DNA of 64,000 bases from Eledone cirrhosa (lineage: Eukaryota), in assembly GCA_964016885.1 (NCBI GenBank), contig CAXHJY010001768.1:62001-126000 (forward strand), written 5' to 3'. The position numbers and the translations under genes are program-made. Positions within the stretch are counted from its first letter, which is position 1; each line of letters begins with the position of its first letter. Positions 11,680-29,437 of the stretch are shown piece after piece. A model generated the notes under the pieces. The model saw only the letters and a list, made by a program, of their open reading frames with translations, had not been told where the DNA came from and did not search any database.

Positions 11680-14600
11680 GAGCAACACCACTACTATCAC
11701 CTTCACTAACAACACCACTACTATCACCATCACTAACAACACCACTACTACCACCATCACTAACAACACCACTACTATCATCATCACTAACATCACCACT
11801 ACTACCATCATCAATAACAACACCACTACTATCACCATCACTAACAACACCACTACTACCACCATCACTAACAACACCACTACTACCACCATCACTAACA
11901 ACACCACTACTACCACCATCACTAACAACACCACTACTATCACCATCACTAACAACACCACTACTACCACCATCACTAACAACACCACTACTATCATCAT
12001 CACTAACATCACCACTACTACCATCATCAATAACAACACCACTACTATCACCATCAATAACAACACCACTACTACCACCATCACTAACAACACCACTACT
12101 ACCACCATCACTAACAACACCACTACTACCACCATCACTAACAACACCACTACTACCACCATCACTAACAACACCACTACTACCACCATCACTAACAACA
12201 CCACTACTATCACCATCACTAACAACACCACTACTATCACCATCACTAACAACACCACTACTATCACCATCACTAACAACACCACTACTACCACCATCAC
12301 TAACAACACCACTACTACCACCATCACTAACAACACCACTACTACTACCATCACTAACAATACCACTACTACCACCATCACTAACAACACCACTACTATC
12401 ACCATCACTAACAACACCACTACTATCACCATCACTAACAACACCACTACTACCACCATCACTAATAACACCACTACTATCACCATCACTAACAACACCA
12501 CTACTACCACCATCACTAACAACACCACTACTATCACCATCACTAACAATACCACTACTATCATCATCACTAACAACACCACTACTATCATCATCACTAA
12601 CAACACCACTACTATCACCATCACTACCACCATCACTAACAACACCACTACTATCATCATCACTAACATCACCACTACTACCATCATCAATAACAACACC
12701 ACTACTATCGCCATCAATAACAACACCACTACTACCACCATCACTAACAACACCACTACTACCACCATCACTAACAACACCACTACTACCACCATCACTA
12801 ACAACACCACTACTATCACCATCACTAACAACACCACTACTATCACCATCACTAACAACACCACTACTATCACCATCACTAACAACACCACTACTACCAC
12901 CATTACTAACAACACCACTACTACCACCATCACTAACAACACCACTACTACCACCATCACTAACAATACCACTACTACCACCATCACTAACAACACCACT
13001 ACTATCACCATCACTAACAACACCACTACTATCACCATCACTAACAACACCACTACTACCACCATCACTAATAACACCACTACTATCACCATCACTAACA
13101 ACACCACTACTACCACCATCACTAACAACACCACTACTATCACCATCACTAACAATACCACTACTATCATCATCACTAACAACACCACTACTATCATCAT
13201 CACTAACAACACCACTACTATCACCATCACTAACAACACCACTACTACCACCATCACTAACAACACCACTACTACCACCATCACTAACAACACCACTACT
13301 ACCACCATCACTAACAACACCACTACTATCACCATCACTAACAACACCACTACTACCACCATCACTAACAATACCACTACTACCACCATCACTAACAACA
13401 CCACTACTATCATCATCACTAACAACACCACTACTACCACCATCACTAACACCACTACTATCATCATCACTAACAACACCACTACTACCACCATCACTAA
13501 CAACACCACTACTACCACCATCACTAACAACACCACTACTATCATCATCACTAACAACACCACTACTATCACCATCACTAACAACACCACTCCTACCATC
13601 ATCACTAACAACACCACTACTACCACCATCACTAAATACCACTACTATCACCATCACTCACACCACTACTACTACCATCACTAACAACACCACTACTACC
13701 ACCATCACTAACAACACCGCTACTACCACCATCACTAACAACACCACTACTACCACCATCACTAACAACACCACTACTACCACCATCACTAACAACACCA
13801 CTACTATCACCATCACTAACAACACCACTACTACTATCATCACTAACATCACCACTACTACCATCATCAATAACAACACCACTACTATCACTATCAACAC
13901 CACTACTACCACCATCACTAACAACACCACTACTACCACCATCACTAACAACACCACTACTATCATCATCACTAACAGCACCACTACTACCACCATCACT
14001 AGCAACACCACTACTACCATCATCACTAACATCACCACTACTACCATCATCAATAACAACACCACTACTATCACCAACACTAACAACACGACTACTACCA
14101 CCATCACTAACAATACCACTACTACCACCATCACTAACAACACCAGTACTATCACCATCACTAACAACACCACTACTACCATCATCAATAACAACACCAC
14201 TACTACCACCATCACTAACAACACCACTACTACCACCATCACTAACAACACCACTACTAACACTAACAACACGACTACTATCACCATCACTAACAACACG
14301 ACTACTATCACCATCACTAACAACACCACTACTATCACCATCACTAACAACACCACTACTATCACCATCACTAACAATACCACTACTATCACTATCAACA
14401 CCACTACTATCATCATCACTAACAACACCACTACTATCATCATCACTAACAACACCACTACTATCATCATCACTAACAACACCACTACATTCACCATCAC
14501 TAACACTAACAACACCACTACTACCACCATCACTAGCAACACCACTACTATCACCATCACTAACAACACCACTACTAACACCATCACTAACAACACCACT

Positions 14601-17600
14601 ACTACCACCATCACTAACAACACCACTACTATCACCATCACTAACAACACCACTACTACCACCATCACTAGCAACACCACTACTATCATCATCACTAACA
14701 TCACCACTACTACCATCATCAATAACAACACCACTACTATCACCATCACTAAGAACACCACTACTATCACCATCATTAACGATACCACTACTACCACCAT
14801 CACTAACAACACCACTACTACCACCATCACTAACAACACCACTACTATCACCATCACTAACAACACCACTACTACCACCATCACTAGCAACACCACTACT
14901 ATCATCATCACTAACAACACCACTCCTACCATCATCACTAACAACACCACTACTATCACCATCACTAACAACACCACTACTACCACCATCACTAACAACA
15001 CCACTACTATCAACATCACTAACAACACCACTACTATCACCATCACTAACAACATCACTACTACCACCATCACTAACAACACCACTACTACCACCATCAC
15101 TAACAACACCACTACTACCACCATCACTAACAACACCACTACTATCATCATCACTAACAACACCACAACTACCACCATCACTAACAACACCACTACTATC
15201 ATCATCACTAACAACACCACTACTACCATCATCAATAACAACACCACTACTACCACCATCACTAACAATACCACTATTATCACCATCACTCACACCACTA
15301 CTACTACCATCACTAACAACACCACTACTACCACCATCACTAACAACACCACTACTACCACCATCACTAACAACACCACTACTATCACCATCACTAACAA
15401 CACCACTACTATCACCATCACTAACAACACCACTACTACCACCATCACTAACAACACCACTACTATCACCATCACTAACAACACCACTACTACCATCATC
15501 ACTAACAACACCACTACTATCACTAACAACACCATTCCTACCATCATCACTAACAACACCACTACTAGCATCATCACTAACAACACCACTACTATCACCA
15601 TCACTAACAACACCACTACTACCATCATCACTAACAACACCACTACTATCACTATCAACACCACTACTATCATCATCACTAACATCACCATCACTAACAA
15701 CACCACTACTACCACGATCACTAACAACACCACTACTATCACCATCACTAACAACACCACTACTACCATCATCACTAACAACACCACTACTATCACTAAC
15801 AACACCATTCCTACCATCATCACTAACAACACCACTACTAGCATCATCACTAACAACACCACTACTATCACCATCACTAACAACAACACTACTACCATCA
15901 TCACTAACAACACCACTACTATCACCATCACTAACAACACCACTACTACCACCATCACTAACAACACCACTACTACCACCATCACTAACAACACCACTAC
16001 TACCACCATCACTAACAACACCACTACTATCACCATCACTAACAACACCACTACTACCATCATCATTAACAACACCACTACTAACACCATCACTAACAAC
16101 ACCACTACTACCACCATCACTAACAACACCACTACTATCACCATCACTAACAACACCACTACTGCCACCATCACTAACAACACCACTACTATCACCATCA
16201 CTAACAACACCACTACTATCACCATCACTAACAACACCACTACTATCATCATCACTAACAACACCACTACTACCATCACTAACAATACCACTACTACCAT
16301 CATCACTAACAACACCACTACTATCACCATCACTAAAAACACCACTACTATCACCATCACTAACAACACCACTACTATCACCATCACTAACAACACCACT
16401 ACTATCACCATCACTAACAACACGACTACTATCACCATCACTAACACTAACAACACGACTACTATCACCATCACTAACAACACGACTACTATCACCATCA
16501 CTAACAACACCACTACTATCACCATTACTAACAACACCACTACTATCACCATCACTAACAATACCACTACTATCACTATCACTAACAACACCACTACTAT
16601 CACTAACAACACCACTACTATCATCATCACTAACAACACCACTACTATCATCATCACTAACAACACCACTACTATCATCATCACTAACAACACCACTACT
16701 ATAACCATCACTAACACTAACAACGCCACTACTACCACCATCACTATCAACACCACTGCTATCACCATCACTAACAACACCACTATTACCATATTCACTA
16801 ACAACACCACTACTATCACTAACATCACCACTACTACCACCATCACTAACAACACCACTACTATCACCATCACTAACAACACCACTACTACCACCATCAC
16901 TAACAACACCACTACTATCACCATCACTAACAACACCACTACTATCACCATCACTAACAACACCACTACTATCACTAACAACAGCATTCCTACCATCATC
17001 ACTAACAACACCACTACTATCACCATCACTAACAACACCACTACTACCATCATCAGTAACAACACCACTACTACCATCATCACTAACAACATCACTACTA
17101 TCACCATCACTAACAACACCACTACTACCATCATCACTAACAACACCACTACTATCACCTTCACTAACAACACCACTACTATCATCATCACTAACAACAC
17201 CACTACTACCAGCATCACTAACAACACCACTACTACCACCATCACTAACAACACCACTACTACCACCATCACTAACAACACCACTACTACCACCATCACT
17301 AACAACACCACTACTATCACCATCACTAACAACACCACTACTACCATCATCACTAACAACACCACTACTATCACTGACAACACCATTCCTACCATCATCA
17401 CTAACAACACCACTACTACCACCATCACTAACAACACCACTACTACCACCATCACTAACAACACCACTACTATCATCATCACTAACAACACCACTACTAC
17501 CACCATCACTAACAACACCACTACTATCATCATCACTAACAACACCACTACTACCACCATCACGAACAACACCACTACTACCACCATCACTAACAACACC

Positions 17601-20600
17601 ACTACTACCACCATCAATAACAACACCACTACTACCATCATCAATAACAACACCACTACTATCACCATCACTAACAACACCACTACTATCATCATCACTA
17701 ACAACACCACTACTACCATCACTAACAATACCACTACTACCATCATCACTAACAACACCACTACTATCACCATCACTAAAAACACCACTACTATCACCAT
17801 CACTAACAACACCACTACTATCACCATCACTAACAACACCACTACTATCACCATCACTAACAACACGACTACTATCACCATCACTAACACTAACAACACG
17901 ACTACTATCACCATCACTAACAACACGACTACTATCACCATCACTAACAACACCACTACTATCACCATTACTAACAACACCACTACTATCACCATCACTA
18001 ACAATACCACTACTATCACTATCACTAACAACACCACTACTATCATCATCACTAACAACACCACTACTATCATCATCACTAACAACACCACTACTATCAT
18101 CATCACTAACAACACCACTACTATAACCATCACTAACACTAACAACGCCACTACTACCACCATCACTATCAACACCACTACTATCACCATCACTAACAAC
18201 ACCACTATTACCATATTCACTAACAACACCACTACTATCACTAACATCACCACTACTACCACCATCACTAACAACACCACTACTATCACCATCACTAACA
18301 ACACCACTACTACCACCATCACTAACAACACCACTACTATCACCATCACTAACAACACCACTACTATCACCATCACTAACAACACCACTACTATCACTAA
18401 CAACAGCATTCCTACCATCATCACTAACAACACCACTACTATCACCATCACTAACAACACCACTACTACCATCATCAGTAACAACACCACTACTACCATC
18501 ATCACTAACAACATCACTACTATCACCATCACTAACAACACCACTACTACCATCATCACTAACAACACCACTACTATCACCTTCACTAACAACACCACTA
18601 CTATCATCATCACTAACAACACCACTACTACCAGCATCACTAACAACACCACTACTACCACCATCACTAACAACACCACTACTACCACCATCACTAACAA
18701 CACCACTACTACCACCATCACTAACAACACCACTACTATCACCATCACTAACAACACCACTACTACCATCATCACTAACAACACCACTACTATCACTGAC
18801 AACACCATTCCTACCATCATCACTAACAACACCACTACTACCACCATCACTAACAACACCACTACTATCATCATCACTAACAACACCACTACTACAACCA
18901 TCACTAACAACACCACTACTATCACCATCACTAACAATACCACTACTATCATCATTACTAACAACACCACTACTATCATCATCACTAACAACACCACTAC
19001 TATCACCATCACTAACGACACCACTCCTACCATCATCACTAACAACACCACTACTACCACCATCACTAACAATACCACTACTATCACCATCACTCACACC
19101 ACTACTACTACCATCACTAACAACACCACTACTACCGCCATCACTAACAACACCACTACTACCACCATCACTAACAACACCACTACTACCACCATCACTA
19201 ACAACACCACTACTATCACCATCACTAACAACACCACTACTACCACCATCACTAACAACACCACTACTACCATCATCACTAACATCACCACTACTACCAT
19301 CATCAATAACAACACCACTACTATCACCAACACTAACAACACGACTACTACCACCATCACTAACAATACCACTACTAACAACACTACTACTACCACCATC
19401 ACTAACAACACCAGTACTATCACCATCACTAACAACACCACTACTACCACCATCACTAATAACACCACTACTATCACCATCACTAACAACACCACTACTA
19501 CCACCATCACTAACAACACCACTACTACCACCATCACTAACAACACCACTACTACCACCATCACTAACAACACCACTACTATCATCATCACTAACAACAC
19601 CACTACTACCATTACTAACAACACCACTACTACCATCATCACTAACAAAACCACTACCATCACCATCACTAACAACACCACTACTATCACCATCACTAAC
19701 AACACCACTACTATCACCATCACTAACAACACCACTACTATCACCATCACTAACAACACCACTACTATCACCATCACTAACAACACGACTACTATCACCA
19801 TCACTAACAACACTACTACTATCACCATCACTAACAACACCACTACTACCACCATCACTAACAACACCACTACTATCACCATCACTAACAACACCACTAC
19901 TACCACCATCACTAACAACACCACTACTACCACCATCACTAACAACACCACTACTACCATCATCAATAACAACACCACTACTATCACCATCACTAACAAC
20001 ACCACTATTAGCACCATCACTAATAAAACCACTACTATCATCATCACTAACAACACCTCTACTACCACCATCACTAACAACACCACTACTATCACCATCA
20101 CTAATAACACCACTACTATCACCATCACTAACAACACCACTACTACCATCATCAGTAACAACACCACTACTACCATCATCACTAACAACACCACTACTAT
20201 CACTATCAACACCACTACTATCACCATCACTAACAACACCACTATTAGTACCATCACTAATAAAACCACTACTATCACCATCACTAGCAACACCACTACT
20301 ATCACCATCACTAACAACACCACTACTACCACCATCACTAACAACACCACTACTACCACCATCACTAACAATACCACTACTACCACCATCACTAACAACA
20401 CCACTACTATCATCATCACTAACAACACCACTACTACCACCATCACTAACAACACAACTACTATCATCATCACTAACAACTCCACTACTACCACGATCAC
20501 TAACAACACCACTACTACCACCATCACTAACAACACCACTACTACCACCATCACTAACAACACCACTACTATCACCATCACTAACAACACCACTACTACC

Positions 20601-23600
20601 ATCATCAATAACAACACCACTACTACCACCATCACTAACAACACCACTACTACCACCATCACTAACAACACCACTACTATCATCATCACTAACAACACCA
20701 CTACTAACACCATCACTAACAACACCACTACTATCATCATCACTAACAACACCACTACTACCATCACTAACAACACCACTACTACCATCATCACTAACAA
20801 CACCACTACCATCACCATCACTAACAACACCACTACTATCACCATCACTAACAACACCACTACTATCACCATCACTAACAACACCACTACTATCACCATC
20901 ACTAACAACACGACTACTATCACCATCACTAACAACACGACTACTATCACCATCACTAACAACACCACTACTAACAACACCACTACTACCACCATCACTA
21001 ACAACACCACTACTATCACCATCACTAACAACACCACTACTACCACCATCACTAACAACACCACTATTATCATCATCACTAACAACACCTCTACTATCAC
21101 CATCACTAACAACACTATTACTACCATCATCACTAACAACACCACTACTATCACCATCACTAACAACACCACTACTATCACCATCACTAACAACACCACT
21201 ACTACCACCATCACTAACAACACAACTACTACCATCATCAATAACAACACCACTACTATCACCATCACTAACAACACTACTATTAGCACCATCACTAATA
21301 AAACCACTACTATCATCATCACTAACAACACCACTACTACCACCATCACTAACAACACCACTACTATCACCATCACTAATAACACCACTACTATCACCAT
21401 CACTAACAACACCACTACTACCATCATCAGTAACAACACCACTACTACCATCATCACTAACAACACCACTACTATCACTATCAACACCACTACTATCACC
21501 ATCACTAACAACACCACTATTAGCACCATCACTAATAAAACCACTACTATCACCATCACTAGCAACACCACTACTTTCACCATCACTAACAACACCACTA
21601 CTACCACCATCACTAACAACACCACTACTACCACCATCACTAACAATACCACTACTACCACCATCACTAACAACACCACTACTATCATCATCACTAACAA
21701 CACCACTACTACCACCATCACTAACAACACAACTACTATCATCATCACTAACAACACCACTACTACCACCATCACTAACAACACCACTACTACCACCATC
21801 ACTAACAACACCACTACTATCACCATCACTAACAATACCACTACTATCACTATCAACACCACTACTATCATCATCACTAACAACACCACTACTACCACCA
21901 TCACTAACAACACCACTACTATCACCATCACTAACACCACCACTACTATCACCAACACTAACAACACGACTACTACCACCATCACTAACAATACCACTAC
22001 TATCACCAACACTCACACCACTACTACTACCATCACTAACAACACCACTACTACCACCATCACTAACAACAACACTACTACCACCATCACTAACAACACC
22101 ACTACTACCACCATCATTAACAACACCACTACTATCACCATCACTAACAACACCACTACTACCATCATCACTAACATCACCACTACTACCATCATCAATA
22201 ACAACACCACTACTACCACCATCACTAATACCACCACTACTACCACCATCACTAACAACACCACTACTACCACCATCACTAACAACACCACTACTATCAT
22301 CATCACTAACAACACCACTACTACCACCATCACTAACAACACCACTACTACCATCATCACTAACATCACCACTACTACCATCATCAAAAGCAACACCACT
22401 ACTATCACCAACACTAACAACACGACTACTACCACCATCACTAACAATACCACTACTAACACCATCACTAACAACACCACTACTACCACCATCACTAACA
22501 ACACCAGTACTATCACCATCACTAACAACACCACTACTACCACCATCACTAACAACACCACTACTACCATCATCACTAACATCACCACTACTACCATCAT
22601 CAATAACAACACCACTACTACCACCATCACTAACAACACCACTACTACCACCATCACTAACAACACCACTACTATCATCATCACTAACAACACCACTACT
22701 ATCATCATCACTAACAACACCACTACTACCACCATCACTAACAACACCACTACTATCATCATCACTAACAACACCACTACTATCATCATCACTAACAACA
22801 CCACTACTACCACCATCACTAACAACACCACTACTACCACCATCACTAACAACACCACTACTATCATCATCACTAACAACACCACTACTATCATCATCAC
22901 TAACAACACCACTACTATCACCATCACTAACATCACCACTACTACCATCATCAATAACAACACCACTACTATCACCAACACTAACAACACGACTACTACC
23001 ACCATCACTAACAACACCAGTACTATCACCATCACTAACAACACCACTACTACCATCATCAATAACAACACCACTACTACTACCATCACTAACAACACCA
23101 CTACTACCACCATCACTAACAACACCACTACTATCATCATCACTAACAACACCACTACTACCACCATCACTAACAACACCACTACTATCATAATCACTAA
23201 CAACACCACTACTACCACCATCACTAACAACACCACTACTACCACCATCACTAACAACACCACTACTACCACCATCACTAACAACACCACTACTATCATC
23301 ATCAATAACAACACCACTACTATCACCATCACTAACAACACCACTACTATCATCATCACTAACAACACCACTACTACCATCACTAACAACACCACTACTA
23401 CCATCATCACTAACAACACCACTACTATCACCATCACTAAAAACACCACTACTATCACCATCACTAACAACACCACTACTATCACCATCACTAACAACAC
23501 CACTACTATCACCATCACTAACAACACCACTACTATCACCATCACTAACAACACCACTACTATCACCATCACTAACAACACCACTACTATCACCATCTCT

Positions 23601-26590
23601 AACAACACCACTACTATCATCATCACTAACAACACCACTACTATCACCATCACTAACAACACCACTACTATCACCATCTCTAACAACACCACTATTATCA
23701 TCATCACTACCAACACCACTACTATCATCATCACTAACAACACCACTACTACCACCATCACTAACAACACCACTACTATCACCATTACTAACAACACCAC
23801 TACTACCATATTCACTAACAACACCACTACTATCACTAACATCACCACTACTACCACCATCACTAACAACACCACTACTATCACCATCACTAACAACACC
23901 ACTACTATCACCATCACTAACAACACCACTACTACCATCATCACTAACAACACCACTACTATCACCATCACTAACAACACCACTCCTACCACCATCACTA
24001 ACAACACCACTCCTACCACCATCACTACCACCATCACTAACAACACCACTACTATCACCATCACTAACAACACCACTACTATCACCATCACTAACAACAC
24101 CACTACTATCACCATCACTAACAACACCACTACTATTACCATGACTAACAACACCACTACTATCATCATCACTAACAACACCACTCCTACCACCATCAAT
24201 AACAACACCACTACTACCACCATCACTAACAACACCACTCCTACCACCATCACTAACATCACCACTACTACCACCATCACTAACAACACCACTCCTACCA
24301 CCATCACTAACAACACCACTCCTACCACCATCAATAACAACACCACTCCTACCATCATCACTAACAACACCACTACTACCACCATCATTAACATCACCAC
24401 TACTACCACCATCACTAACAACACCACTCCTACCACCATCACTAACATCACCACTACTACCACCATCACTAACAACACCACTCCTACCACCATCACTAAC
24501 AACACCACTCCTACCACCATCAATAACAACACCACTCCTACCACCATCACTAACAACACCACTCCTACCACCATCAATAACAACACCACTACTACCACCA
24601 TCACTAACAACACCACTCCTACCACCATCACTAACATCACCACTACTACCACCATCACTAACAACACCACTCCTACCACCATCACTAACAACACCACTCC
24701 TACCACCATCAACAACAACACCATCACTAACAACACCACTCCTACCACCATCACTAACATCACCACTACTACCACCATCACTAACAACACCACTACTACC
24801 ACCATCACTAACAACACCACTCCTACCACCATCACTAACAACACCACTACTACCACCATCATTAACAACACCACTACTATCACCATCACTAACAACACCA
24901 CTACTATCACCATCACTAACAACACCACTCCTACCATCATCACTAACAACACCACTACTATCACCATGACTAACAACACCACTACTATCACCATCACTAA
25001 CAACACCACTCCTACCACCATCAATAACAACACCACTACTATCACCATCACTAACAACACCACTACTATCACCATCACTAACAACACCACTCCTACCATC
25101 ATCACTAACACCACCACTCCTACCACCATCACTAACAACACCACTACTACCACCATCACTAACAACACCACTACTATCACCATCACTAACAACACCACTA
25201 CTATCATCATCACTAACAACACCACTACTATCACCATCACTAACAACACCACTACTATCATCATCACTAACAACACCACTACTATCACCATCACTAACAA
25301 CACCACTACTACCACCATCACTAACAACACCACTACTATCACCATCTCTAACAACACCACTACTACCATCATCACTAACAACACCACTACTATCACCATC
25401 ACTAACAACACCACTACTATCACCATCACTAACAACACCACTACTATCATCATCACTAACAACACCACTACTATCACCATCACTAACAACACCACTACTA
25501 TCACCATCACTAACAACACCACTCCTACCACCATCACTAACAACACAACTACTATCACCATCACTAACACCACCACTACTATCACCATCACTAACAACAC
25601 CACTACTATCACCATCTCTAACAACACCACTACTATCATCATCACTAACAACACCACTACTATCATCATCACTAACAACACCACTACTACCACCATCACT
25701 AACAACACCACTACTATCACCATTACTAACAACACCACTACTACCATATTCACTAACAACACCACTACTATCACTAACATCACCACTACTACCACCATCA
25801 CTAACAACACCACTACTATCACCATCACTAACAACACCACTACTATCACCATCACTAACAACACCACTACTACCATCATCACTAACAACACCACTACTAT
25901 CACCATCACTAACAACACCACTCCTACCACCATCACTAACAACACCACTCCTACCACCATCACTACCACCATCACTAACAACACCACTACTATCACCATC
26001 ACTAACAACACCACTACTATCACCATCACTAACAACACCACTCCTACCATCATCACTAACAACACCACTCCTACCACCATCACTAACAACACCACTACTA
26101 CCACCATCACTAACAACACCACTCCTACCACCATCACTAACAACACCACTCCTACCACCATCAATAACAACACCACTCCTACCATCATCACTAACAACAC
26201 CACTCCTACCACCATCACTAACAACACCACTACTACCACCATCACTAACAACACCACTACTATCACCATCACTAACAACACCACTACTATCACCATCACT
26301 AACAACACCACTCCTACCACCATCACTAACAACACAACTACTATCACCATCACTAACACCACCACTACTATCACCATCACTAACAACACCACTACTATCA
26401 CCATCTCTAACAACACCACTACTACCACCATCACTAACAACACCACTACTATCACCATCACTAACAACACCACTCCTACCACCATCACTAACAACACCAC
26501 TACTACCACCATCACTAACAACACCACTACTATCACCATCACTAACAACACCACTCCTACCACCATCACTAACAACACCACTACTACCAT
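11680..26590. repeat. 27-bp satellite array (~15 kb, about 550 units)
   Basis: Unit ACTAACAACACCACTACTA(C/T)CA(C/T)CATC, built from ACT/AAC/ACC/ATC triplets; grades into degenerate (ACC/ATC)n up to ~27020 and is preceded by (TAC)n at ~11590-11640. Confidence 0.98.
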
Positions 26591-27093
26591 CATCTCTATC
26601 ATCACAACCACCATCATCACTAGCATTACCATTACTCTCATCACTGCCATTACCACTATTATTAGCATCACCATCCTTACCATCCATGCCACCACCATTA
26701 TCACCACAGCCACCACCATCAACACCATAATCATTACTACCATCACCATTATCACTACAACCACCACCACCATTATCATCATCACCACCATCCTCCCTGC
26801 CACCAGCATTACCACCACTGCCATCTCCCTACCACCACCATTACCACCACCACCACCCTCCTCACCATTATATCCACCATCACCATCATTACCACCACTG
26901 CCATCTCCCTACCACCATTACCACCACTGCCATCTCCCTACCACCACCATTACCACCACTGCCATCACCACCATCATCCCCACCATCATAACCACCATCA
27001 CCACCATCATCACCTCCAGATAAAAACCATTGCTCTATGCTGACAGAGGTTAGAAAGAGAAGTGAAAATTTAATTATATAGCTGAAAATACAG

Positions 27094-27133
<40 letters not shown>

Positions 27134-27222
27134 CATACATGGGGTAGTGGTGGTGGCAGAGTGCTGTAGTGTGGGAACATTATAATACATTGATGTTGTG
27201 GTGGTTGTAGTGAGAGAGAAGG

Positions 27223-27569
27223 TACTCACGGGGTGTTGAATAATCCCCCCTCCTACTCTTATTCCCCACACACACACTTATTAAATTTTACTAATCTATC
27301 TCCGGCGACATTTTATTTTAAATGGTAACATTCTTGCGACAATTAATTTTCTTTAGACATTAAAAAACATTATACATAACAAAAAAAAAGTAAATTACAA
27401 GAAATCTCATAGGTTATAAAATAAATAGGATGGGTTGGGGGTCTCAATATGTAAACTAAACGACTAATACTGGGTTTTTTTTTTAAATCAAGACAACCAA
27501 GAAATATTACTGATTTTCCAATCCCTCGCATTTATTCCAACACCCCTATTATTTGGGACCCAAGAGTAG
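27223..27569. mobile_element. Probable Tc1/pogo-type MITE
   Basis: TACTC...GAGTA ends; subterminal inverted motifs GGGGTGTTGAATAAT and ATTTATTCCAACACCCC. Confidence 0.45.
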
Positions 27570-27700
27570 AGGTACTGTGGTGTAGTGTGGGAACATTAAA
27601 TACATTGAATCTACACTGTAGCACTGCACACACATCAATGTTATAATACGGTGATCTAGTAAAATAGTGTGTAGAGGACCTTGTAAAATTAGTTCAATGT

Positions 27701-28088
27701 TTAACCCTTTAGCATTTAAACCGGCCATAACCAGCCAGAATTCTCTCACCTCATTCTGTTCAAACTGGTTGTAACCGGCTGCTCATACTCATGTTAAGGT
27801 ATTGTTATGAAAATAAATAATAGTTTCTACTTTTGGCTTAAGGCCAGCAATTAACCAATACATTACTGGTACTTTATTTTATCGACCCCAGAAGGATGAG
27901 AGGCAAAGTTAACCTCGACAAGATTTGAACTCAGACCATAAAGAGACATAACTATGCTAGAAAGCATGGCGTCCAACCCTCTACCGATACTGCCAGATTC
28001 AATATTATGTGAGATATTATGTAAGATAAAGCCTTTTCTGTGAAAATACAATAGTGTATATAGAGTAATGTAAATGCTAAAGGGTTAA
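27701..28088. mobile_element. piggyBac-type MITE family B with antisense S1 SINE (27823-27995)
   Basis: TTAA-flanked TIRs; the SINE replaces ~13 bp (TCAAAATCTCATA) that are present in the empty copies. Confidence 0.8.
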
Positions 28089-28767
28089 ATGGCAATCACA
28101 GTTATTTGACTGCATTGGAAGATACAAACAGAAAGGTTGTCCACACTAACAAAGGACTACCTCTAAGTCTAAAGTCTGTCTCAAGCCAGGAGACTCATCA
28201 GGCTGGTGCTTAACCCGGTTGCATGGCGTGAAGCAACTAAGAGTACAAAACTCCCCCCTGGACAGGATGCCAGTCTATCGCGGGGTTAAACTACCAACTA
28301 TTGCTGGTACTCATTTTCAGCTGTCATTTTACCTCCTATCCTATATCCCTTTTTTTCTGATAAAATACAATTTAAACTAATCAGTGAAGAATTTGGAAGG
28401 ATTTACTAAAATTATTTGGATTATTAAAATGAAATTTCTAACATAACAAAAAGTTTAAATAAAAAATTTAAATCTAAATAGGAAGCTTTTCAAAGGATAG
28501 TTTCGTTCCATAGAACCAGAAGCAGTTTTTTGGGGGTGGGGTGGTATCAAGAGGTTTAAAGAAAGTAGATCTATATCATATACACTTGTTTATATATTTA
28601 GTTTGGATTGCCTCGAGAATGTAACCTTATTACATAATGGAGCTGTCTGATGAGATCATGACACTAGTTGCGTGAAATCACATGGCCATTGTTGTCATTG
28701 GAATATGTATCAGTTTTATCAATAAAGGACTTTTTAACATCAACAACTTCACATTTTTCTTATTCTA

Positions 28768-29203
28768 TATCATCATCATCATCACCATTTTACGTCCATT
28801 CTTCCACGCTAGCATGGGTTAGACAGGTTGTCCTGTTGTGGGCAATGTCAGGTCGGGTGACCTTGTCTTGCTCATACAGAACTGATTTTGCTTGATTTCT
28901 ACAGCTGGATGCCTTTCCTACCACCAACCTCATTTACAGTGAGTACTGGGTGCTTTTTTACCATGGTGCCTACACAACCACTTTACAGTGTGGGCTGGGT
29001 GCTTTTTTGTCGTGACACCTACACAACCACTTTACAGTGGGAGGGGGTGGAGGCATATTGTCTATATGCTTCAGCTTCAGTTTGTTCCCGTGGAAAGTCG
29101 GGTCTTCTGTATATCTGCATAATGCCAGAGGTCACGGTCCTGTGTCATCGCCTTTGAGGTGCAATTGGGCAAGGTCCGCTTTTATCACCCCATCCTAGGT
29201 CTC

Positions 29204-29205
<2 letters not shown>
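28768..29205 (-). mobile_element. 5'-truncated RTE 3' end
   Basis: (ATC)n tail plus 3' UTR and ORF end homologous to 39103-39550. Confidence 0.85.
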
Positions 29206-29241
<36 letters not shown>

Positions 29242-29437
29242 CATCTATATATATATATATATATGCAAGCAGGGAAGAGCGGACGTAAAATGATGATGAT
29301 GATGATATGTAGATAAATCTACCAAAATATACGGTAGTGTCCAATCCGTATGAAGAACTCAATGTAATCCAAATATCATGAAAAGAGAAGATGCATTCAA
29401 AAATTTTCGATGAAAATCATAGGAAAACAGAGTCAAG

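Noticed and set aside
11545-27023. Poly-Val/Leu/Met and Thr/Asn/Ile ORFs of 500-1600 aa
   Set aside because: Alternative frames of the 27-bp satellite; compositional artefacts.
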